64,000 nucleotides of DNA from Selaginella moellendorffii. Its lineage: Eukaryota; Plantae; Lycopodiophyta. The translations under genes were made by a program, and so were the position numbers. Location: positions 996,499 to 1,060,498 of the forward strand of contig NW_003314323.1 of assembly GCF_000143415.4 (NCBI RefSeq), given 5' to 3'. The notes beneath the pieces were generated by a model. The model saw nothing but the letters and a program-made list of their open reading frames with translations. It did no database searches and was not told the DNA's origin. Of the stretch, positions 49,505 to 64,000 are shown one piece after another; within the stretch, counting starts at the first letter, position 1; each line of letters starts with the position of its first letter.

Positions 49505-50005
49505 TTAGGGTTTGGGGTTCTTCCCAGACCTAAAAGTTGACTTGGTCAAAGACCTCGTTTTCCCTCTTTCGGGCTAGAAGAGCGAATTTCATGTGGATGA
49601 GAACGTAGTAGCTCCTTTACCACGATTCAATTTCTCTGCACGTAAGAATTTGATCAGAATCCCCACACGACTGCAGTATGAGCACTGAGTTAGTGCTCTT
49701 CCTGACGTTGAGCTGCAGGTGACAAGCTTTCGGTGGAGCTACTTTACTCTCGCTAGACTTTGCCGGGTCCAAACGTTATCTATCAGTGATTAAACGCTAG
49801 TACACGTTAACTGGGAATTTAAAGATCAACGTGGAAGCCATAAAGTCAATCTGAAAACTTTCACGCTCCGCAAACCCTCAAGAGCATGTCTCGCATTTGC
49901 ATTTGCGTGAAAACGAAGTCAATCTCGTGTATAAGTGCCGCTCCAATCTCTTTCCTTTAATCATCACTAGTTCTTATAGATCTCTTCCAAAAGTTCCATG
50001 TTCTT

Positions 50006-50704
50006 ATGAACACTCGGAAGAAGATGGTGGTCCCAAAATCCATGAATTCGTTGTCACTGCTGCTGATGATGACGATCATGATCGTCTCTCTTTCATTCTC
50101 AATCCGTGTCAATGCCGCCGATCCGGATCCACTGCAAGACTTTTGCGTCGCCGACCTCTCCAAGGATCTCACCATCAATGGCTTCCCTTGCAAAAAAGCC
50201 TCCAACACCACCACCGAGGACTTCATCTTTGGCGCCCTCAAGCGTTCAGCCAAAACGAACAATCCACTCGGCGCTGCAGCGGTGTTTGGAACCGTCAACG
50301 AGTACCCGGGTCTCAACTCGCTCGGCCTCTCCATCGCGAGGCTCGACTTCGCGAAAGGCGGCTTGATTCCTCCTCACACCCACCCCCGCGCGTCCGAGAT
50401 GATCTACGTCGTGAAGGGGAGCATGTACGCCGGGTTTGTCACCACGGACAACAAGCTCTTTGCTCGAGTCATCTCCAAAGGCGACGTGATGATCTTCCCT
50501 CGGGGTTTGATCCACTGGCAGCTCAACGTTGGAAACACCAGTGCAGTGGGGATCGTTACGCTCAACTCGCAGTTCCCTGGCTTCCAGCTCATCGCCAACT
50601 CCTTGTTTGGATCCAAAATCCTGGACGAGGTGTTGATGAAGACCTTCTTTCTCGACAAGAAGACCATACAGCAGCTCAAGTCAATCTTCACTCCCTCTGG
50701 CTAG
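50006..50704 (+). CDS. Germin-like protein (cupin)
   Basis: Signal peptide, ADPDPLQDFCVAD, PPHTHPRASE, FPRGLIHWQ; the true start may be a downstream Met. Confidence 0.95.
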   Translation: MNTRKKMVVPKSMNSLSLLLMMTIMIVSLSFSIRVNAADPDPLQDFCVADLSKDLTINGFPCKKASNTTTEDFIFGALKRSAKTNNPLGAAAVFGTVNEYPGLNSLGLSIARLDFAKGGLIPPHTHPRASEMIYVVKGSMYAGFVTTDNKLFARVISKGDVMIFPRGLIHWQLNVGNTSAVGIVTLNSQFPGFQLIANSLFGSKILDEVLMKTFFLDKKTIQQLKSIFTPSG

Positions 50705-50744
50705 AAAAACAAATTCGATAGTGTTCACCTTGAAATAAAGTTTG

Positions 50745-51465
50745 TCACATACGAGATCTTTCCGCCATATCCAAGAGTGTCGTGTGCTTGAGAACGCTCC
50801 AGAGCTCACTTGGTACCTTTAGATCACCTCCATTTTCTTGGAAACTCTCGTTTTCTTCGCGATCAAAGCAGTACCATGGAGCTTGCCAGGCTTCGTCCTC
50901 GAGCACCTTGCCTGGCTCGAAAGTCATGACATACTGTGACATCCCTGGAAGATTTTCATTCTTAGTTCTTACAGGAGAGCGAAAGAAAAGAGACTATACC
51001 TGTGAAGAAGAGCCAGTGCACAGGCCTCTTCGTCTCCACATCCTCGTAGTAGACGATGAAACCGTCGGCCTTGGACCAGACATTGCAAGTGAATCCTCCC
51101 ACTTTCTCCACACCAATGTAGGTGGAATTGCTCACCAGCCAATCCGGCGACAAAATCCCCACTGGGAAATGCATCGTCTTGCAGCTGCCGGCGTCGAGAT
51201 CGTAGTAGAAGGAGGTGCCGTTTGTCCACTCGAGATCGTACAGCGTGGATCCCAGCTGGTGGTGGATGATATTGAAGTTCCTGCCATTCGGGAAATCATA
51301 CCACAGGTCGATCGTGGAGAGCTTGCCGCTCGAATTCTGGAAGAGCAGCGCGTGGAATTGCTCCGGCCACGGCGTTGGAGTGGGGATTCCAAATCCGGCG
51401 CCACAGAAGGCGAGAAGAATCGACGCGAGGGCGACACGATTAGCCGCATTGCCACGCGACGCCAT
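50745..51465 (-). CDS. Secreted plant protein, At4g14100-like, 2 exons
   Basis: Signal peptide then [33 protein letters not shown]; second exon [22 protein letters not shown]. Confidence 0.85.
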
Positions 51466-51516
51466 AGCCAACGAGAATGAATTCAAATTTAGGGCTCTTT
51501 GCCTTCTCAACCATGA

Positions 51517-53355
51517 ATGGCATTGCGGAAGACGCTGCGATCCAGGAGGAAGAACAGCGGCCGCCGCGAGCACCCGCATTGCATCGATCAGCTCCAGGAA
51601 GAGGAGCTTTCCAATCTCCCAGAGTCTCCCGATCCCTCTTTCTTTGCCTCTCTCCTCCGAAATTGTTCTCTTCTTTCCCAAGGGCGGTATCTCCACCGCC
51701 ACATCGCGCTGAGCGGCCTCGAGCCCACCTCACGGTTTCTCGCCAACATGCTAATTCACATGTATGGCACCTGCGGTAGCATTGACGATGCTTGGATTGT
51801 TTTTGGTCGGATGCAATCCCCCAGGAACGTTTTCTCATGGAACATCATGTTTTCAGCAAATGCCTCAAATAGGCATTTTGATGAAGCACAGTTTGTGTTT
51901 AACTCCATGCCACAACATGATAACGCTTCGTGGACGCTGTGCATTGCTATGTTCGCTCGATCCGGGCAAATTGTTACAGCAAGAAATGTTTTTGATGCGA
52001 TTTTCCAGCCGGATGTTACTGCCTGGAACGCGATAATTGCAGTCTATGCCGAAACCGGGCATAACAAAGAGGCGCAAGCGGTCTTTCAGAAGCTGGATCT
52101 CGAGGGAGTCCACCCGGATAGCATCACTCTCATCTCCGTGCTGGATTCCTGCGACGATATCCAGCTCGGGAAGACCATCCACAGCGAGGCCGAGCTCGGC
52201 GGCTTCCTTGATTCGAGTGTCAACCTGGGAACCGCGCTGGTGACGATGTATGGGAGGTGCGGGAGCTTGATCGCTGCCGAGCAAAGCTTCTCGCGAATGC
52301 CTCGCCGAAACGTCGTGAGCTGGAGCGCCATGACTGCCGCATTCGCTCGCAACGGGGAGATCGATCGAGCGGAGCTGACTTTTGAGAGGATCCCGTCTCA
52401 CTGCTCTATCTCCGCCAACACGATGATCTGGGCTTTCGTCCAGAGCAGCCAGCTCCAGCGCGCTAGGAAGATCTTCGACGGAATGCTGGAGAGAGATAGA
52501 GTTTCTTGGAGCTCGATGCTGTGCGGCTACACCCAGCGTGACCATCTACATCTCGCGCGGGAGTTCTTCCACTCGATGCCAGGGCGTTTTGTGAGCGTGA
52601 GCGCGTGGAACACAATCGTGGCGGCCTACGCCCGCGCCGGGGACTTCCCAGAGACGGTCCATCTCTTCAAGCGCATGGATCTCGAGGGATTCCCAGCGGA
52701 CGAGCTCACCTTCTCGAGCGCATTCGAGGCTTGCAGTGGCCTCTCGGACGTGAGAACCGGGAGGATCCTTCACGAAAACTTCGACGATCACGGCCTCCCG
52801 CTGGACGAGTACGCGGGAACCTCGCTCGTGACAATGTATGGGAGCTCCGGGAGCTTGGAAGAGGCCGAGGCTGTCTTCTCGGCCATGCCCAGCCGCAACG
52901 CCGTCGCCTGGAACGCCATGATCGCGGCCTACGATCACAATGGCCGCGGGAAGAGAGCGCTGGAGAAGTTCCGGGAGATGGAGCTTGTGGGCGAGCTTCC
53001 GGATCAGATCACGTTCATCACTGCTCTGGCGGCGTGCAGCCACGTCGGGCGTGTGGAAATCGGGCGCGAGTTCTTCTCGAAGATGGCGGACTATGAGATC
53101 TGTCCGGTGGTGGATCACTATCTATGCATGCTCGATCTTTTGGGGCGAGCCGGGCGCTTGCAAGAGGCCGAGGAGCTGCTCGAGAGCATGCCGTTTGTGC
53201 CTGACGATGTTGCATTGACTACTTTGCTGGCGGCTTCCCGAGTTCTTGGAGATGCGAGGAAGGGTGCCACCGCCGCAGACAAGGCAGTGAAGATGGAGGG
53301 TGGCGACTCTTCGTTTTACGTGTTGCTTTCTAATGCTTATACCTCGACTGATTGA
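51517..53355 (+). CDS. PLS-class pentatricopeptide repeat protein (E-type)
   Basis: Repeated NVVSW / MYGRCG motifs; [36 protein letters not shown]. Confidence 0.95.
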   Translation: MALRKTLRSRRKNSGRREHPHCIDQLQEEELSNLPESPDPSFFASLLRNCSLLSQGRYLHRHIALSGLEPTSRFLANMLIHMYGTCGSIDDAWIVFGRMQSPRNVFSWNIMFSANASNRHFDEAQFVFNSMPQHDNASWTLCIAMFARSGQIVTARNVFDAIFQPDVTAWNAIIAVYAETGHNKEAQAVFQKLDLEGVHPDSITLISVLDSCDDIQLGKTIHSEAELGGFLDSSVNLGTALVTMYGRCGSLIAAEQSFSRMPRRNVVSWSAMTAAFARNGEIDRAELTFERIPSHCSISANTMIWAFVQSSQLQRARKIFDGMLERDRVSWSSMLCGYTQRDHLHLAREFFHSMPGRFVSVSAWNTIVAAYARAGDFPETVHLFKRMDLEGFPADELTFSSAFEACSGLSDVRTGRILHENFDDHGLPLDEYAGTSLVTMYGSSGSLEEAEAVFSAMPSRNAVAWNAMIAAYDHNGRGKRALEKFREMELVGELPDQITFITALAACSHVGRVEIGREFFSKMADYEICPVVDHYLCMLDLLGRAGRLQEAEELLESMPFVPDDVALTTLLAASRVLGDARKGATAADKAVKMEGGDSSFYVLLSNAYTSTD

Positions 53356-53673
53356 TGTAGTGAGATGAGTTCAGCTCAAAGTTTTATTTATTTTTAACTT
53401 TTATTGACTTCCTTTGATTTTCATTGAATAATTTTGTGAGTCTCAATGATCATTTACCACTTTTTTGCTCAATTAAGAAACAAAAACAAGAGGCATAATC
53501 TTACTTTGAATTTCATTTTCACTCGAAGTTCAAGAATGATAAACATTTTTTGTTATTGTTCAGTCAGGAGCCTCTGAAAAATATCCCTAACGATGAAGAC
53601 TATTCATTTTAGATCAATAGATCTTGATGTTTCATTTTATTGGGTTGTACCTTAACAATATCAATGAAAACAG

Positions 53674-54269
53674 TTAATGGAGCGAGGTGGTAAAGGAGAC
53701 GGTCTGGAGAGGACTCCCACAGTGATACTGCCGGATGATATCAGCCAGAGAGAGAACAATTCGGCTGTCCATGGGCTTCACCAAGGGATTCCTCTGTGGC
53801 ACAAGCACGAAATCATACGTGTGGTTCTTTGCACTGAATGGATTTGGGTAGTGGATGTTGTTGCTTGTGTTGGAAGGAGCAACATAAGGCTCCAAAATGC
53901 TCCCATTTACAGTTCCTTTCACGCCAAAGCCACCAACAGATCCAATCAACATTAGCTCAAAGATAACGTAAGTTTGTAACACTTACCAGAGCTGCCCGCA
54001 GGAATGTTTGCAATCCAATAGTTGATGTAGGGATAGACTGCATTTGGGCTTGGCAGTGCTTTTTGATCTGCCATCACCACTGAAAAGAGACGAACGCTAC
54101 CATTTCCACGAAATCCTTCAATGTCAACCGTGGGAGGCGAATTGGTGCTGCTCAAGGGGATGAAGTTGCCATTCCCGACCGTGGTAGAACCATATTGTAC
54201 AAGCAAACCCATGGCTGCATAAGCACTCAAGAGGCACACAAGGAAACAAGACACCAAAGAAGCCGCCAT
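53674..54269 (-). CDS. Divergent secreted PEBP-family protein, 2 exons
   Basis: Signal peptide; PPTVDI..FSVVMAD..YWIANIP | YVAP..HTYDFVLVPQ follows the PEBP pattern; short intron near 53940-53986. Confidence 0.6.
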
Positions 54270-54540
54270 TGTGAATGCAAAACAAAATGAAATATTTTGG
54301 TTTTAGAGATTATTTCTTGGGCATTTATACAAGGTCCCAGGTATCTAATTTCGTCCTCAAATCCAGAATTATACAAGCTTTCTAATAGGGGCCAGTGGTG
54401 GTTTTTACATTTCGATACTTGTAATGACAATGTTGCAGTTACGCTGAAGTTCTTAAATATTTGAGGGTTTATCCTTATAATCATTTGTTTATATACAAAC
54501 TATATACCTTGTTAGCATCACAAGATCCACTCTCTCGCAT

Positions 54541-56752
54541 TTATTTTCTATACACTGGAGCCTTCAAAGAGGAGAGGTAAGCAATATCTGCCTTCACAAT
54601 CCCATCAAAGAGTTGTCCAAATGGTGCCATTTTCACGTATCTCCCGGCCCCTCTAGCAACGTTGAGTCTCTCATTTTCCCACACAATCCTGCCTTGGCTG
54701 ATGGTCACTTCTATATTCCCCTGGAAGATGGAAGAACATCTCAGTGCCCGCGATAAAATGAAGCATAAAGTTATTACCTTGATTTGCCATCCTTCGTATA
54801 TGTTAGTGTCAATATTCGAGTGGTGAGCTTTTGCAGAGATCGTTGTTGTTTTGTTGGGATTCAAGATGATAAGATCCGCGTCTGAGCCAGGCAACACCGC
54901 GCCTTTCCTCGGATATACGTTGAATATTTGTGCACTGATTGAGCTTAAAATCAATAAAAAGTCGAAAGCAAGAGAATGACCTACTCACCAGGCAGTGCTT
55001 GATATTCGAACATAATCTGATGGAGAAATCTTCCCAGAGTTCTGTTCCAGAAAATATTGGACGCTAGAAAAACGAGGAAGCTGCTGTTACTTACCACCAT
55101 AGCATCCCACACAATGTGCATTCGCTCTTCTATGCCTGAAAAAAATCAATTTTCACAAAAGCACCATGGAAGCAACACAAATGTAAACTTACCATTGACA
55201 CCATTCGGGATTTTCCGAAAATCGCCTCTGCCGGCTGCTTTTTGTGATGAATTGAAAGGACAATGGTCTGTGCCGACAAGCTGAAACGTCGTGTTAGCTC
55301 GATTTTTAGAGTACTAGAATTTAGTAGATAGTATATTCACCTGCAAAACTCCACTTGAGAGGGCGGCCTGAAGTGCCGCATTATGTCCAGCAGGCCTTAT
55401 AGGAGGGCTCATCACGTATCTGCAAAGAGAGGAAAACTTGAAAGCAGAAACTTTTAAAGGCATGCATACGTACTGTGCAGCTACCCGAAAGTCTGGATCC
55501 CACAACTTGGAGTCGTCCAAGACCAAACCAGATGCAACTGGCTCGCCAATCACTCGTTGTCCTGCCAAAGCTTCAATTTTAGACGAAGGTTCTAAATACC
55601 AAACCGACCTGCTTGACGAGCTCGAGCAATCTCTTCCAGTGCATCTATGCTCATTACGTGAACCACATACAGAGGCGTGTTTACAAACTTTGCAAGTCTG
55701 ATGGCTCGTGCTGTGGCTTCTCCTTCCAGCTTCGCATGTAAAAGAAAAGTATGAAGAAAGAAATATTAAAAGTTTTGCTTACCAGTGATGGCCGAGACAG
55801 CGCATGACCCTCCGGTCCAGTGATGCCCAAGTCGTAGATTCGAGATTGACCTTCGGCCACGGCATCACCGTTTTCCGCATGAACTTGTGGTAGTGCGCCA
55901 AGGCTTTTACACGTCTTAAACCCTTGCAAGAGCTGTTCGTCCGTCACCATCAAACTCCCCTTGTACGCCATGAAAAATTTGAAAGAGTTGATTCCTACAG
56001 CACGAGATCAACACAAACTTGTAAAATACGAAAACGAAAACTAGCTCACCGTGTTCTTTCACGAGAGTTTCCATGTCTTGTGCCACTTTGTCGTTCCAGG
56101 TCGTAACAGCCATATGAAAGCCGTAGTCCATGCAAGAGGGCTCGGCTTTTCTTCGGTAGCTCTCAAACCCCTTCAGAAGGTCACCATCGATCGGGAGTGC
56201 GAAATCAATATGCATGGTTGTACCTCCGGCTAGCGCAGCGGCTTGGCCACTGAAGAAGTCATCGCAAGTTTCCTGGCCCATGAACGGCATTGCGAGGTGT
56301 GTGTGAGGATCAATCCCTCCTGAAGCGAAAACAAATGTAGAAACAATGAAAAGAAATGCGAGAGAAGAAGCTAATCCTCACCTGGCATTACGTACTTGCC
56401 AGTCGCATCGACTACACGAACGCCGTCTAGAACCTGTCATGCCAATCGTTCTTTAGCATCCACAAGAGAAGGGCGGGCGGGTAAGGAGGACGCTACCTTC
56501 AAATCTGGAGCTACCAATTTGATGATTCCATCCTCGATATACACGTCCGCATGGAACTGGCGATCGGCATTCACCACTGTTCCTCCGCGGATCAAAATCT
56601 TGCTGCTGTCATCAGTCTCAGCCAAGCACATCTGCCAGAAAAGAAAAATTTCCAAGCTAAGAAAAATCGCTCGATCGAAATCTCCTTCCTCTCACCGCAT
56701 CATAAATCCCAGGCGCAGCAGCAGCAGCATCGCAGCTGGATCCATGCGCCAT
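54541..56752 (-). CDS. PYD2: Dihydropyrimidinase, multi-exon
   Basis: [57 protein letters not shown]. Confidence 0.93.
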
Positions 56753-56880
56753 CGGGAAGAATGTACCGACGATTAGAGCGGCAAGGAGCGCCAAAATCCC
56801 CCCCATTCCTTGTAAACCCTAGGCTAGGCTCTATCGGAGCCAAAATTTTAAAAGCGAGGAGGCTAGGCTAGGGTTCTTCG

Positions 56881-58711
56881 ATGACGATATTTCTTCTTTC
56901 TCTCTTCTTCTTGCTCGCTGCCTCCGCGGCAGCTGGATCATCGCCGCCGGAGCCGCCCACCGCGCAGGAGGATGCGGCGGCGCTGGACCGATTCAAGCGC
57001 TACCTCCAGATCCCCTCGGTGCATCCCAATCCCGATTACTCGGCCACCACCGATTTCCTGCTCGCCATCGCCGGGGAGCTGGGCCTGGCATCCCGCGTCC
57101 TGGAATTCGTCCCGGGCAAGCCCGTCCTCCTCTTCACCTGGCAGGGCAGCGATCCCTCCCTCCCGTCTCTCCTCCTCAATTCCCATGTCGACGTCGTCCC
57201 GGCCGAGCCCTCCAAGTGGAGCTCTCCCCCCTTCGCCGCCGCGGAGGATTCTCGCGGCAATGTCCTGGCTCGCGGATCCCAGGACATGAAGTGCGTGGGA
57301 TTGCAGTACCTCGAGGCGATCCGGCGGCTCAAGAGGGCGGGATTCAAGCCGCCACGCTCAGTCCATGTCTCCTTCCTCCCGGACGAGGAGATTGGCGGCA
57401 ACGATGGCGCTGGGCAATTCACAGGCTCGAAGGAGTTCCAGGATCTTAACGTGGGGCTCGCGCTGGACGAGGGATTGGCGTCCGAGGGGGACGAGTATCG
57501 GGTGTTCTATGCCGAGAGATCGCCGTGGTGGCTGGCGGTGAAGGCCATGGGGCGGCCCGGCCATGGATCCAAGCTCTTCGATAACAGTGCCATGGAGAAC
57601 TTGGGGAAGAGCTTGGAGATTGTGAGCAAGTTTCGAGCGGCGCAGTTTGATCTTGTCAAGGCTGGGATCGCGGCCGAGGGCGAGGTGGTGTCGGTGAATC
57701 CAGTGTTTCTCAAGGCTGGAACTCCTACTCCCACGGTAAGTTCCTCGTGCTCCATTCTTTCTTTCCTTTTCCCTTGTTCTTTATTCTCTTCCATGGTACC
57801 AATCAATTCTAGAATCCTAGGTGCTATCCAGATTTTCAGCTTGCGGTTCCATGCATTCGTGATTCTTGAGAACTTTTGACGTGTTTTCTTCGAGCGAAAA
57901 TATCGGCTTGTTTCGATGCTATTTCTTGGTTCATGCAATGTTTGCTTTGCGTGGTTTTCCCAGTCTTTCTTCTGCTTGACTGATGTCCTTGATCAAAATG
58001 TCTTTTCTAGCAATTTAGTTTTTTTTTTCTCGTTCCACCTTTTCTCTTTGTTCTTTCCTTCTTATGCTAGCCGCCTTGTTTTTCTTCGCCAGGGATTTGT
58101 CATGAACCTCCAACCATCCGAGGCCGAGGCCGGATTCGACGTAAGAATGCCTCCTTTCGCAGACCCCGTTGCCATGGAGAAGAGAATCGCCGAGGAATGG
58201 GCTCCCGCCTCGCGAAACATGACTTACGAGGTAAATCAAGCTTTCAAAGTTCCCTCTCTCGTGTTGATTTTGCCAAGCTACGTGAAAGTTTCGCCTTGTC
58301 CAGTTCAAGCAGAAAACTCCAGTGAAGAGAAGAGATGGTTCCTTGAACTACACTCCGGTCGATGACTCCAATCCTTGGTGGTCAGTCTTCAAGGAAGCCA
58401 TATCCAAATCCAACCAGAGACTCGCAAAGCCAGAGATCTTCCCTGCCTCAACCGATGCTCGCTACTTCCGTGACTTGGGAATTCCGGCCTTTGGATTCTC
58501 GCCAATGGCGAACACTCCCATTCTTCTCCACGATCACAACGAGGTTCAGTGATTCTTCCCTTGCTGCCTTTTCTAACGATTTCTTTTTGCTTTCCAGTTC
58601 TTAAGCTCTCGAGAATACTTCAAGGGGATTGAAGTGTATCAGATTCTCTTGAATTCTCTTGCGAGCTTTGTTGGTTCAAAGGATGACACAACGAGCCATT
58701 CTGAGCTTTGA
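56881..58711 (+). CDS. Aminoacylase-1 (M20 peptidase), multi-exon
   Basis: [46 protein letters not shown]; ends HSEL*. Confidence 0.93.
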
Positions 58712-58911
58712 GATTGGAAGAGTGAGTTTTGTTTTAATCCGTCAGTTGTTTATATCTCGAGAATGTGACCAGATTAAATAAACCTTTATATCGTTTCTCG
58801 ATTTGTACGAAAACCCTGATAAGAACAGATGCTACACTTGATCTTGCTGAGATCTGATTGTTCACCCACCCATTTATATACACTTCAAAAAGTTTAAAAC
58901 AAAATTGTTGC

Positions 58912-58983
58912 TATCAGAGGGAGGTTTCGATCCTCCGACCTGTGGGTTATGGGCCCACCACGCTTCCGCTGCGCCACTCTGAT
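58912..58983 (-). tRNA. Initiator tRNA-Met (CAT)
   Basis: ATCAGAGTGGCGCAGCGGAAGCGTGGTGGGCCCATAACCCACAGGTCGGAGGATCGAAACCTCCCTCTGATA; A1:U72 pair, GAUCGAAA T-loop. Confidence 0.97.
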
Positions 58984-59191
58984 TTTGTAACAATCAAATC
59001 TTAGTTTTTATATTTAAAAAAGCTTTCAAAACTAAATAAAATTTTAAAAAATAATTTTTAAGAAAAATTGTATTTCCCTTTAAAGTTTTGGATCACTCGT
59101 CGTTATTGCAGGAAAATTGTGATGAGGACGAGAACAGCAAAAAGAGAAGATTATTCTTGTGCTTGTTGATTAAATAGCGCCGCCTCAAACT

Positions 59192-61277
<2,086 letters not shown>

Positions 61278-61531
61278 TGATCGGAGAAGAGAGTCGAGAA
61301 GGGAGAAAAAGACCTGCGATGATAAACCCTCGTTGGCGAATAAAAACTCGGCACGAATAAGACAAAGTATATTCGTGCAAGCATATTCTTTGCGGGCCGC
61401 AGAATATTCGCATAGTTTGAAAACCATATACTTTTTCGCGAGAGCCCGAGTGGCAAACAAAGGGACCCGAGCCCGATTTAAATCATTGCATTGAGACCGT
61501 GAACGAACCAGAGGCGCACACACAGAGGGCC

Positions 61532-62250
61532 ATGAGGATTTCCATTGCAATTTTTGTGCTCTTGGCCGGCATTTTCCAAGGTAAGCTCTCAAGCTCATGG
61601 ATCGAGAAAAAATTTAGTTCATGCAATGTCCCATCCACCTCAAGGAACGTCACGCTGAGACTAAAGAACGCTTGCCCCTTCACAGTATGGCCGGCCTGGC
61701 TGGGATCTCCCAGACGAATCTTTCGACATCGTGGTGCCCCGGGACTGGTCGGCGGCTCGAATCTGGGGGCGCACAAACTGCCAGTTTGGAGACCACCTCC
61801 AGCGACACCACCCTGGGCTGCGACACCGGCGAGCTGGAATGCCGGGGTATTGGCGGCCAGCCGCCGTTTACCATCGCGGAGCTCACGCTGGACGGCTCCG
61901 ATCGCAGCGATTTCTACGACGTGTCGCTCGTGGACGGCTATAACCTGCCCGTACGGATCGTCCCCGTGCACAGGAACTGTACGGCAGCGGGGTGCCACAG
62001 CGATGTGAATTCCAACTGTCCGATGGAGCTGCGCGTTCTGGGACGGAATGGCGACGTGGTGAGAAGCGCCTGTTCGGTATTCCAGACAGATAGATTCTGC
62101 TGCCGCGGGCTTAGCTCCGAGCCGTCCACGTGTGCGCCCACGATATATTCCAAGATGTTCAAGGCCCACTAGGCGTCGATCACAGCAGCACATTTACTTG
62201 CCATTCCGGGACGAATTACGTGGTGGAATTTTGCCCCGGCAGGAGCTGAT
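61532..62250 (+). pseudogene. Thaumatin-like protein, frameshifted
   Basis: NACPFTVWPA, WSAARIWGRTNC and DFYDVSLVDGYNLP lie in three different frames; early stop at 62170. Confidence 0.8.
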
Positions 62251-62518
62251 ATCCGCCCTTGGATGCCATGTGACGCGATTTTGGTCACTAATCATAAAGA
62301 AAACAATGCGTGGTTGTTTTTTATTATCTTGGCAACAAAAGATTGGCCCAACAATCGAAGAGCCACCGAACCAGGAGAGAATTTTGACAAATGCAGCTCC
62401 ATGAAAGCCTCTCTCTCGTCCAAAGAAAACAAAATATGACGGAAAGAAAAAGGAAAAAGAAAATATTTTTCTGCAAAGAATCTCCAAGAATCTCTAAGAA
62501 AAAAAATCACCTTGATTC

Positions 62519-64000
62519 TCAAACTGCAACTGGCGGCTCGTTGTATCTCGAGCTTCCTCGATTTCCAGCCTCGACGGCTTCGTTGTAGAGCCCATGCTTG
62601 GACGAATCATACTTCTCGCCATCGCCCCACAGGGCGTAAGCCTCCTCGCCGTGCGCGGCGTCGTCCCCGATCATCAGGTGTTCTTCCGGCATCCGGAGAG
62701 GAACGATCTTGCTGATCACCCAGCAGATTATGCTGGTCATCACCAAATTCCAGGAGATGATAAACAGCGCCCCTCCGAGCTGCTTCACCACCTGCATGGC
62801 TCCCCTAATGTCGTGGTTGTAGAACGCACCGTGAGTTCCCGGGACTGACGAAAACATTCCCGTCACCGTTGGCTGCGCGAAAAGACCCGTGAGAAATCCC
62901 CCGAGAGTTCCCGCCACCGCGTGAGTGTGGAAAACCGCCAGAGTGTCGTCAACTTTCTGAAGGAAGGGCGATCGCTTGTGCACGACCATCATCGTGTACC
63001 ATGGAATGCTGCCGGAGAGAATCCCCATGCAAATCGCTGCCCACCCTTGCACGAGACCTTGAAATTCACACAATGTTTGTCAGTATAGATTGGAGATAAG
63101 AAATGCTTGATTTTGTATACTCACCAGCTCCAGGAGTGATGCAAACGAGCCCGGTGATCATCCCTTGGACCGCTCCAATTACGGACGGCTTGCCAAAGAA
63201 GATGGTGTCGAAAGCCGTCCAGACGAGCAGGCTTGCGGCGGCACAGATGTTTGTGTTTAGAACCGCGAGGGATGCATCGATGTTTGCGGCGTAGGGATCT
63301 CCTCCGTTGAATCCAGCCCAGCCCATCCAGAGCAATCCAGCGCCACCCAACATGAGCAGAACATTGTTTGGGGGAAATCTTTCGCGGTCCTTTGTCAGCC
63401 TCGGACCAACCTGCGCGAATAACTTTGAAGTTTAGAATAACTTTGTGATCGATCGAGAGTGATATTACCCAATATGCTGCTGTAAATCCCGCCACCCCTG
63501 ACGAGAGATGGATCACATACCCTCCAGAGTAATCGAGAACTCCCCACTGGAACAAAAACCCGCCGCCCCACAGGCTAAATGCCCCGACCGTGTACGAAAA
63601 CGTGAGCCAGAGCGGCACAAACAGCATCCACGCGTGGATGTTCATCCGCCCGAGCAGCGATCCTGCGATGAGGATCAAGCAAATGGCCGAGAAGACGAAC
63701 TGGAAGAACACCATCGTCGCCATGGGGTAGAACGGCTGCACCATCTGAGTTTCGACCGTTCCATTGTGGAATTTGTACTCGGTGGCGGAGAGATGGGCTT
63801 GGCGGAGGAGGAATTTCTGATCGAGCGCCGGCCCGGCTTTGCCCCAGAAGGGGAGGAGCTGGTGCCCGAAAGACATCTTGTACGCGAAGGAGACCCAGCA
63901 GATCAAGACGGCGGCGAACGCGTACAGGGCCATGAAGGCCGAGTTCACGGCCCATTTCTTCTTGACGATGCTGCCGTAGAGGATCACGAGGCCCGGGACG
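62519..64000 (-). CDS. AMT2: Ammonium transporter, AMT2/MEP subfamily (5' end beyond window)
   Basis: [63 protein letters not shown]. Confidence 0.96.

Noticed and set aside
50782-53218. Long antisense and alternate-frame ORFs over the PPR and neighbouring genes
   Set aside because: Shadow ORFs of GC-rich coding sequence.

Overview
Eukaryotic plant nuclear DNA. Very short GT-AG introns, a dense gene block, a PLS-type PPR gene and a plant initiator tRNA-Met suggest a lycophyte such as Selaginella (inference only). Bases 1-42344 are a nested transposon cluster. It contains two inverted copies of a ~13.3-kb TIR DNA transposon (complete copy 10523-23842; partial copy 1-5756), a decayed Ty3/Gypsy chromovirus, and a tandem of non-autonomous LTR elements and solo LTRs of the same LTR family. 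The DNA transposon has a DDE transposase gene divergently paired with a large spliced cargo gene (ParB/Srx-like, degenerate DNA-methyltransferase-like, acidic tract, FCP1/NIF HAD phosphatase-like). It also carries about 25 copies of a 22-bp palindrome (ATGGCRTGWG-NN-CWCAYGCCAT), many of them in introns and leaders; this is the most interesting system in the window. Swapped target-site duplications show that the 4.8 kb between the two copies has been inverted. Bases 42.3-64 kb hold an AT-rich bulb-lectin ORF with a terminal hairpin, then ordinary host genes: GDPD, germin-like, At4g14100-like, PPR, divergent secreted PEBP-like, dihydropyrimidinase, aminoacylase, tRNA-iMet, enolase, a thaumatin pseudogene and AMT2. 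All domain calls are by-eye motif recognition, not database searches.
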